From: Candidatus Staskawiczbacteria bacterium RIFCSPHIGHO2_01_FULL_39_25
GTDB lineage: Bacteria; Patescibacteriota; Minisyncoccia; Minisyncoccales; Staskawiczbacteraceae
NCBI GenBank assembly: GCA_001820095.1
Contig: MHOO01000011.1
Location: 1,958-65,957, forward strand
Reading direction: 5' to 3'
DNA length: 64,000 nucleotides
Shown here in pieces: positions 57,525-64,000 of this stretch (position 1 is the first letter of the stretch; each line of letters opens with the position of its first letter). The translations under genes and the position numbers were made by a program. The notes beneath the pieces are model-generated. The model saw nothing but the letters and a program-made list of their open reading frames with translations, was not told the origin of the DNA and made no database searches.

Positions 57525-59854
57525 TAGTTCGGTGGCGGTGGTTCTGGGCTTGGAGTCGGCGTAGGTGTGGGCGTAGGTGTCGGTGGCGGGGTTTCTGTCG
57601 GGGACATTTCTTCTGGGGTTGGCTCTATTGTTCCCACCCAATTTCTTACCGCTTCTTCCCATAGGAAATACAGGGGGTCTTGGGCGGGGTTTTCGGGCGC
57701 CGGGCCTAAGGGATTATTTTTATTAATGTAGTGCAGAATGCTGTGGGTGGAATCTAGCGGCAGTTGGCCTAATAAAATGGGATTTATGTTTTGAGGAATT
57801 TCGGGCGCGGTAAAGTCTTCCTTTGGGTGGGTGCTTAGCATTTTTTCAATAATTTTTCTCCAAATGGGAGCTGCTAGGCCAATACCTGTTTTTTTGTTGG
57901 TTGAGCTGTTGTCATTATTGCCAACCCATACCCCTACCGAGGCAAATGGGGTATACCCCATTGTCCATGCATCGTTGTAGTATTGGGTGGTTCCTGTTTT
58001 AGCGGCCACCTGATAACTATCAAAGCGCAGGGCGTTATTTGCGCCAAATATGGGAGCCCTTGCATTATTATCTGAAAGAATATCATTAATCGCCCTTGCC
58101 GCTTGGGTATCAAGCACCTTAGTGGGTTGTTTGCGGTTCTCTTCAATAATATTCCCTTCGCTATCTTCTATTTTTAAAACGCTGACAGGGGGCGTTTTAA
58201 AGCCTTCGGTGGCAAAAACACCGTATGCCGAGGTCATTTCCAGTAAAGTTACCTCGCCTCCCCCCAACACCAAAGAGAGCCCATAGCGGTCCGGTTCGGT
58301 GAGGGTAGTAATGCCAAGATCTTGAGCGGTTTGCAAACTGTCTTTTAACCCAGTTAAGTATAGAAGTCCTACTGATGGTATATTAAGGGATTGGGCCAAT
58401 GAGGATTTTAGTGAAACCATTCCCCGATAGCCTCCATCGTAATCTTGGGGGTGGTAGCAGTTGAGGCCGTATTGGTCTTTCCTTTGGTTCCCGTCGGCGC
58501 TGCAATAAGGGTTGAATTCGGTTTTAATGTCCCACAATATAGTTGAGGGAGTATATCCTTTTTTAAAGGAAGTTGCGTAGACAAAGGGCTTAAAAGATGA
58601 TCCTGGCTGCCGCAAACCCATGGTTGCCACATCAAATTTAGGATCAAATAGACAACTGCCGCTGGTTTTTTCATCGCATCCTTTAGGATATGACTTTGCA
58701 AAGTAATCTTTTGATCCAACGAGGGATAAAATTTGCCCGGTTTTTGGGTCAATCACCACCACGGCGGTGTTGTTTGCATTAAATTGCACATTTGTTTTAT
58801 CGGCGGTTGCAATTACGTCTTCAATGTAATGTTGAAGCTCCCAGTCTATGCTGGTATACACCCTTAGCCCCTTTTCTTTTAAAAAGTCTTCTCCATACTT
58901 ATCCTCCAAGTATTTATTAACATACATTACAAAGTGGGGAGCCTTTATGGGTGTTAAAGAATCAGAAAAAACCAATGTTTCTTCTTTCGCTTCTTTTAAT
59001 TGTTGCTCATTAATATATCCAAGCTCTTTCATGCGGTCTAAAATATAGTCTTTCTTTTGAAGAAGCTGTTTTTTATGGGATCCGTAAGGGGAGTAGTAAC
59101 TTGGCGCCGGAATTAAGGCGGTGAGAACCGCAGCTTGAGCCATAGAAAGGTCGGAGGCGGGCTTGTTAAAATAGGTTTGGCTTGCCGCCTGGGCGCCATA
59201 AGCGTTTTGTCCAAAAGGGATGGCGTTTAGGTACCAGTTTAAAATTTGGTCTTTTGAGTACCTTCTTTCCAGCTCTATGCTTAATACCACCTCCCTTACT
59301 TTTCGGGATAGCGTTTTCTGGTTGGTTAAGTACACTGAACGGATAAGTTGCTGGGTGATGGTGGAACCTCCTTGTTTAGCTGATTGGAGCCTTAAATCAA
59401 CTAAGATAGATCGTGCAAGGGCCTTAAAATCTATGCCTCCATGCTGGTAGAATCTTGCATCCTCGGATGCAAGCACAGCGTTCTTTAAATTGCTTGAAAT
59501 TTTATCAAAGGGAACGATTACTCTTTTTTCTTCTCCGTAAATATCGTATAAGATAACTTTTCCCGTTCTATCATAGATTTTAGTTGATTGTATAAAGGGG
59601 CTCTCAGTGAATTTTTCCGGGCGGGGCAGGTCGTAGGTGTAATAGAAAAATAAAAATAACCCGAGGCTCAGCCCAAATAGCAGAAAAAAAGCAAAACATT
59701 TGGCGAAGAAAAATAGAATATCTCTTTTCCTCTTCTTTTTAATGGCAGTGAACGCATGGTAAAGCGATTTTTTTGTAGCCGAAAACGCCAAAACGAACCG
59801 TTTTTTTAGGGATGATTCTAAGGTGTTAGTAATAGTTTTTTTCTTTTTGGCCAT
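57521..59854 (-). CDS. Class A penicillin-binding protein (transglycosylase/transpeptidase)
   Basis: EDARFYQH, QGGSTITQQL, RKVRE, SSFK, KTGT; PT-rich tail. Confidence 0.95.
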   Translation of the reverse strand: MAKKKKTITNTLESSLKKRFVLAFSATKKSLYHAFTAIKKKRKRDILFFFAKCFAFFLLFGLSLGLFLFFYYTYDLPRPEKFTESPFIQSTKIYDRTGKVILYDIYGEEKRVIVPFDKISSNLKNAVLASEDARFYQHGGIDFKALARSILVDLRLQSAKQGGSTITQQLIRSVYLTNQKTLSRKVREVVLSIELERRYSKDQILNWYLNAIPFGQNAYGAQAASQTYFNKPASDLSMAQAAVLTALIPAPSYYSPYGSHKKQLLQKKDYILDRMKELGYINEQQLKEAKEETLVFSDSLTPIKAPHFVMYVNKYLEDKYGEDFLKEKGLRVYTSIDWELQHYIEDVIATADKTNVQFNANNTAVVVIDPKTGQILSLVGSKDYFAKSYPKGCDEKTSGSCLFDPKFDVATMGLRQPGSSFKPFVYATSFKKGYTPSTILWDIKTEFNPYCSADGNQRKDQYGLNCYHPQDYDGGYRGMVSLKSSLAQSLNIPSVGLLYLTGLKDSLQTAQDLGITTLTEPDRYGLSLVLGGGEVTLLEMTSAYGVFATEGFKTPPVSVLKIEDSEGNIIEENRKQPTKVLDTQAARAINDILSDNNARAPIFGANNALRFDSYQVAAKTGTTQYYNDAWTMGYTPFASVGVWVGNNDNSSTNKKTGIGLAAPIWRKIIEKMLSTHPKEDFTAPEIPQNINPILLGQLPLDSTHSILHYINKNNPLGPAPENPAQDPLYFLWEEAVRNWVGTIEPTPEEMSPTETPPPTPTPTPTPTPSPEPPPPNY

Positions 59855-59999
59855 TTTTCCATTTAACCGATAGGTATATTATATCTTAAAAGACTTATAG
59901 AAATCCATAGGCCGCCGTGTTATTCCGTAATGAGCTAGGCTTAGCCTAACTCAAGCTAAAACCCCTCTTGAGAGGGGTTTTAGCTTATTGTGATTAAAT

Positions 60000-60146
60000 T
60001 TATTCTTCTTCGTCGGCCGCTACTTCATCGTCATCATCCTCTTCATCGTCTGCTTCATCATCCTTAACCTCTTCCTCTTCATTGCCATCGTCGTAATCAT
60101 CAAAGTCGTCTACTTGGCTGATAACATTGAGAAATTCCTCTTCCAT
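60000..60146 (-). CDS. 48-aa highly acidic protein
   Basis: MEEEFLNVISQVDDFDDYDDGNEEEEVKDDEADDEEDDDDEVAADEEE; followed by terminator 59953-59986. Confidence 0.65.
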   Translation of the reverse strand: MEEEFLNVISQVDDFDDYDDGNEEEEVKDDEADDEEDDDDEVAADEEE

Positions 60147-60151
60147 TTTTT

Positions 60152-60366
60152 GAATTATTCTAATTATTCTAATTGCTCTAATAATACTAGCCAAGGGAGG
60201 CATAGGGGAAACCGCAGTTTCACATATGCCGACCGAGCGACGTATTATATAAATCCTATTTCTATTATTCTAAATAATAACTAATGTCTAATTTCTAAAA
60301 ACTTTTGGCATTAGGATTTAGGATTTGATTAGGTCAATTAGTATAATTAGGTTAATTAGACTAATT
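60152..60366. repeat. Empty CTAATT-NNN element with partial nested insertion (60188-60276)
   Basis: About 130 bp nearly identical, inverted, to 48657-48786. Confidence 0.85.
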
Positions 60367-60438
60367 TATTATGCTTACTTTCCCTATTATATTTTTTCAC
60401 AGACCATTGTCAACCCCTTTTTTCCACAATCACATAAA

Positions 60439-60960
60439 TTACCCATGAACTCCTTTTAGGACAGCGCACAGGGCTATTCCTAAAGCATCTGCCGCATCAT
60501 CTTTTTTACGGCTTTTTTCTTTCAAGTTAAAGCTGCTTAAATCAAGCAATTCTTTGGTCATCTCTTGCACTTGTTTTTTTTCTGCCTTTCCGTAGCCGAC
60601 TACCGTCATTTTTACCTGAAGGGGGGTAAATTCAAGAGTAGGAATATTCTTTTTTGCCGCCGCTAATAGTATTACTCCCTTCGCCTGGCTCACCGGCATG
60701 GCCGTTTTAAAATTCTTAAAAAAATAAAGGCTTTCCACCGACATTATATCGGGTTTATGTTTTTCAATAAGCTTATTAATGGCATTATGGATTATTTTTA
60801 GCCGTTCTCCAGGAGAGTCAAAAGCAGTGGTGGTAATGCACCCAAAATCAACTACCTTGGGCTTTTCATTTCGGTCTTGGGGTAAATGCTTGGGAATTTT
60901 TGTAGTGATAACGCCGTACCCAACAATGGCGGTTCCCGGATCAATGCCTAAAATAATCAT
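60439..60960 (-). CDS. ruvC: Crossover junction endodeoxyribonuclease RuvC
   Basis: ILGIDPG, VESLYF, GYGKAEKKQV, DDAADAL. Confidence 0.96.
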   Translation of the reverse strand: MIILGIDPGTAIVGYGVITTKIPKHLPQDRNEKPKVVDFGCITTTAFDSPGERLKIIHNAINKLIEKHKPDIMSVESLYFFKNFKTAMPVSQAKGVILLAAAKKNIPTLEFTPLQVKMTVVGYGKAEKKQVQEMTKELLDLSSFNLKEKSRKKDDAADALGIALCAVLKGVHG

Positions 60961-61682
60961 AGCGAAAATTTCAAATTAGAGTATATATCCTGTATGGCGT
61001 CGTTTTCATCTAGCGCCTCAAAAAGCTTTTCAGCTTTTTCTTTATCCTTGCCGCTTATTTCGATTTCTTCTTTGGCAACCCAATCCAGCGACGCAGACTG
61101 AATTTTCAGCTGTTTTTCTTCCAATGCCTTTTTTATTTTTTCTAAGTCTTCCGGCTTGGTATAAATGGCCAGCATGTTCTCTTGCCAGCGCACGTCTTCT
61201 GCCCCAGCTTCTATGGCCAGCAGCTCAAGGGTCTCTTTTGCTCCTTGGTTTTCGGGCACCATAATAGCGCCCTTCCTATCAAACATCCATTTTACTGCCC
61301 CTTCTCCGGCTATCTTGCCTTCATGCTGGCTTAAAATGCTCTTTACATCTCCTAATGTCCTATTTTTATTGTCAGTAATGCCCTCCATAATAATAGAAAA
61401 ACCTCCGGGGCCGAATCCTTCAAAAGATACCTCTTCCAGGCTTTCACCTGCCAATTCTCCCGTGCCTTTTTTAATAGCCCTTTCAATGTTTTCTTTGGGC
61501 ATATTAAATTCTTTGGCTTTTTCTATGGCAGCCTTCAATTGAATATTGCTGGCAGCATCAGGCCCCTTTTCTTTTACAGCAATAGTAATAACCCTTCCCA
61601 TTTTGGAAAAGATTTTCCCTTTCTTGGCATCATTAGCGTTTTTGGTTGCTGCGACTGTTTTAAAATGGCTATGACCGGACAT
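60957..61682 (-). CDS. yebC: YebC/PmpR family protein
   Basis: MSGHS, KGKIFSK, MPKENIERAIKK, TDNKNRT. Confidence 0.96.
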   Translation of the reverse strand: MSGHSHFKTVAATKNANDAKKGKIFSKMGRVITIAVKEKGPDAASNIQLKAAIEKAKEFNMPKENIERAIKKGTGELAGESLEEVSFEGFGPGGFSIIMEGITDNKNRTLGDVKSILSQHEGKIAGEGAVKWMFDRKGAIMVPENQGAKETLELLAIEAGAEDVRWQENMLAIYTKPEDLEKIKKALEEKQLKIQSASLDWVAKEEIEISGKDKEKAEKLFEALDENDAIQDIYSNLKFSL

Positions 61683-61686
61683 ACTA

Positions 61687-61872
61687 CGAATTTTCAATTT
61701 TCAATTTACAATTTTCAATAAGTAGGTGTCGAAATTTTCACAATAGGGTCGCGAGATTTATCCGCTTTAGCGGAAAATCCCGACCTAGGAAAATTTCGAC
61801 GGATTTAATTATTTCAAATTGAATAATTTCAAATTGATTTCAAATGGCCTAAATTTCAAATTTCAAATTGAT
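61687..61872. repeat. TTTCAA 7-mer arms with doubly nested palindromes
   Basis: gtcgaaattttc[...ggtcgcgagatttatccgctttagcggaaaatcccgacc...]gaaaatttcgac within aattttcaattttcaa / tttcaaatttcaaatt tracts. Confidence 0.75.
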
Positions 61873-62896
61873 TTTCCACCTTTTTCTTTTTGAGTTTTAA
61901 ATTTATTATTAAAACTGCTGATGCGGAAACTATGGCTAAAGTAATGGCGGTTAAAAATAAGAGCCATGGATCTGACATTCCTTTTCCCAGTGGCGCACTT
62001 AATAATGAGCCCGCAGAATCTCCTATTGATGGCCCAGCTGCCGCCAATGCCAGGTTGCCCGCATTACTCTTATCAGATTTTTTGTTTTCTGGCAATATTT
62101 GGGTAATTTTATTTGCGGCGCCAGGCGTTAAGGTGCTGCTCCACTGCCAGCCGGATGCTGTGCCATTATAAGATTGGTTTTTTGGAGCATTCTGGTAAGA
62201 AGCCGAACTGACAATTTTTCCATTAGGCAAAATTAAATCTAGGCTGTCTTGGTCATTGTTTAGCGTGATGTTTGTTGCGGGCCTTTTTAACACCAAATAT
62301 CCCTTGCCCAATATGGTTATATTTTTGGGAAAAGTATATTCAGTGAGCGCTCCCTGGCTGTCTTTAATTTTCCAGCCCCCCATATCAACATCAAAGCTAT
62401 TGGCATTATACAATTCAATCCATTCGCTCGTATCATCCGGCCCTTCTGGCGCCGGCAGAATTTCATTAATCACAATACCGCCAGGATATATTATAGTATC
62501 GGGCGCCGGGCTTGCTTCTAGCTTTGGCGCGCTAGATACCACATTATTTTGTTCTTGGACGGGCGGGCTGGAATTTTCTACTTGAGCCGATGGTTCCGCT
62601 CCCGTGGTCTCGCCGGAGCTTTTAGCAGAGTCAGATCCCAAAACATAAGCCAATCCCTGGTCTTTTATTTTTTGTAATGTTTTTTCTCCAATGCCTTTCA
62701 CCCTCAATAAGTCATCAACTGATGAAAACGGCCTGGCGTCTACTATCCTTTGCGCTATGGTAGGCCCAACTCCTGTTAGCTCTTCTAATTGAGGTAGCGA
62801 GGCAGTATTGATCTCAACTTTATCTGCTGCAAAAACAAAAAGCGAAGCAAGCAATAAAACAAGGAATGTCAGCAAAACTTTCTTCATCTTTTTCAT
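61856..62896 (-). CDS. ComEA-like helix-hairpin-helix DNA receptor fused to lamin-tail domain, C-terminal TM
   Basis: VEINTAS, LTGVGP, RVKGIGEKT; INEILPAP, EWIELYN, TPGAAN. Confidence 0.88.
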   Translation of the reverse strand: MKKMKKVLLTFLVLLLASLFVFAADKVEINTASLPQLEELTGVGPTIAQRIVDARPFSSVDDLLRVKGIGEKTLQKIKDQGLAYVLGSDSAKSSGETTGAEPSAQVENSSPPVQEQNNVVSSAPKLEASPAPDTIIYPGGIVINEILPAPEGPDDTSEWIELYNANSFDVDMGGWKIKDSQGALTEYTFPKNITILGKGYLVLKRPATNITLNNDQDSLDLILPNGKIVSSASYQNAPKNQSYNGTASGWQWSSTLTPGAANKITQILPENKKSDKSNAGNLALAAAGPSIGDSAGSLLSAPLGKGMSDPWLLFLTAITLAIVSASAVLIINLKLKKKKVENQFEI

Positions 62897-63028
62897 TATA
62901 CATTTTTATGTAAAAAAAGTCGCCAATGGTTGGCGACTTACACGAAAAAAGCACCAATCATATGAGAGGCGCCTTCGTGGTTTTAGGATGTGTGGGGTGG
63001 TGTGGAAAATTAATTTATCAGGCCAGGA

Positions 63029-63287
63029 GTGTGGGACTCGAACAGAACCAATTGAGCTCTCGTATATTGCTTGTATTCAAGGATTGAGGAATGAAACGAT
63101 GCCTTGCGCATCGTTTCATTCTGAATACGCAGAAGACAAGCAAGTGACAGAGCCCGAAGGGAAGCGAAAACAGAGATGATGTCTGCGTTGCGACTTCGGA
63201 AACATAGCGCAAGGCTATGTTTCCTCGTCGCGCCTTGACCTCATCTCTGTTTTCGCTTCTCAAGCTGGTTCTGTTCGAGTCCCACAC
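63029..63287. mobile_element. Multi-hairpin palindromic element with tRNA-T-arm-like terminal IR, overlapping the ruvB 3' end
   Basis: 22-bp perfect IR gtgtgggactcgaacagaacca / tggttctgttcgagtcccacac; inner 19-bp IR gaagcgaaaacagagatga. Confidence 0.75.
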
Positions 63288-64000
63288 CCCTAGGTTGCTT
63301 TATTTTTAGCCCTAAATGCTCATAGGCGCGAGAAGAGGCAATGCGCCCTTTTGGGGTACGCTCAATAAAGCCGCATTGCATTAAATAGGGTTCATACATA
63401 TCTAAAATGGTGTCTTCTTCTTCTAGGGCTGCTGCCGCTAGTGATTGAAGCCCCACGGGTCCGCCGTTAAACTTTTCTATTAAGGCCAGTAAGATTTTAA
63501 TATCTCCGGGTTCCAACCCCAATGGGTCAATTTCCAGAGAGCTTAGCGCGTGCTCGGTAATTTCTTTGGTGGCAATGCCGGTGCTTTTTACCTGGGCAAA
63601 ATCACGAACCCTTTTTAAAAGCCGGTTAGCAACCCGCGGCGTAAAGCGCGACCGTTTGGCGATAATGGCAATGGCTTCCGGCTCAATATTAATGTTCAAG
63701 ATTTTAGCAGACCGCTCAATAATTTTTTCAATATCTTCTGGATTGTAAAAATTAAGTTGGAAGGTAGCCCCGAACCGGTTTCTTAAGGGAGCTGACAACA
63801 GGCCCGGCCGCGTGGTAGCTCCGATAAGAGTAAAATGGGGAAGCTTTAATTCCATGGTTCTTGCCATGGGCCCCTTGCCTAAAATAAGGTTTAGCTTATA
63901 ATCTTCCATGGCAGGATAAATATATTCTTCCACGGATTTATGGATTCTGTGTATTTCATCTAAAAACAGGACATCGCCCTCGGCTAAGTTGGTTAAAATT
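63241..64000 (-). CDS. ruvB: Holliday junction branch migration helicase RuvB (5' part beyond window)
   Basis: [52 protein letters not shown]. Confidence 0.97.
   Translation of the reverse strand, partial: ILTNLAEGDVLFLDEIHRIHKSVEEYIYPAMEDYKLNLILGKGPMARTMELKLPHFTLIGATTRPGLLSAPLRNRFGATFQLNFYNPEDIEKIIERSAKILNINIEPEAIAIIAKRSRFTPRVANRLLKRVRDFAQVKSTGIATKEITEHALSSLEIDPLGLEPGDIKILLALIEKFNGGPVGLQSLAAAALEEEDTILDMYEPYLMQCGFIERTPKGRIASSRAYEHLGLKIKQPRGVGLEQNQLEKRKQR

Noticed and set aside
57530-57625. Tandem repeat at the PBP 3' end
   Set aside because: Encodes an ordinary Pro/Thr-rich tail.
1-60366. CRISPR array from the recurring CTAATT repeats
   Set aside because: Units are 7-9 bp, contiguous and inverted, with no unique spacers and no cas genes.
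29741-60959. Alternative genetic code (UGA=Gly, as in Gracilibacteria)
   Set aside because: TGA ends yraN and yebC at the expected lengths, and conserved genes are intact under code 11.
63029-63287. tRNA or tmRNA (GTTCGAGTCCC present)
   Set aside because: No acceptor, D or anticodon arms; the T-arm-like sequence is part of a terminal inverted repeat.

Overview
64 kb of a low-GC bacterial chromosome around the replication origin (jag-yidC-rnpA-rpmH / dnaA-dnaN). The gene content suggests a Patescibacteria/CPR genome, probably Parcubacteria (inference, standard code 11): short IF2, a VirB4/VirB6/PrgI/pilin cluster, comM/comEA, H+-PPase and mostly SD-less core genes. I identify about 55 CDS and 18 tRNAs, including tRNA-Ile(UAU) and tRNA-Arg(UCG). 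The most striking unexplained structure is a dense set of intergenic elements with inverted arms made of short periodic (about 7- or 9-bp) repeats, wedged between stop and start codons inside operons. Two of these enclose a four-helix-bundle (23S-rRNA-IVP/bAvd-like) gene and many others are empty. Other palindromic elements are nested in them or sit in-frame inside core genes. Separately, ORFan/accessory genes share a cassette layout: promoter, boxA-like GTTCTTTGACAA, strong SD, ORF, terminator. All family assignments are from motif recognition by eye; no database searches were run.
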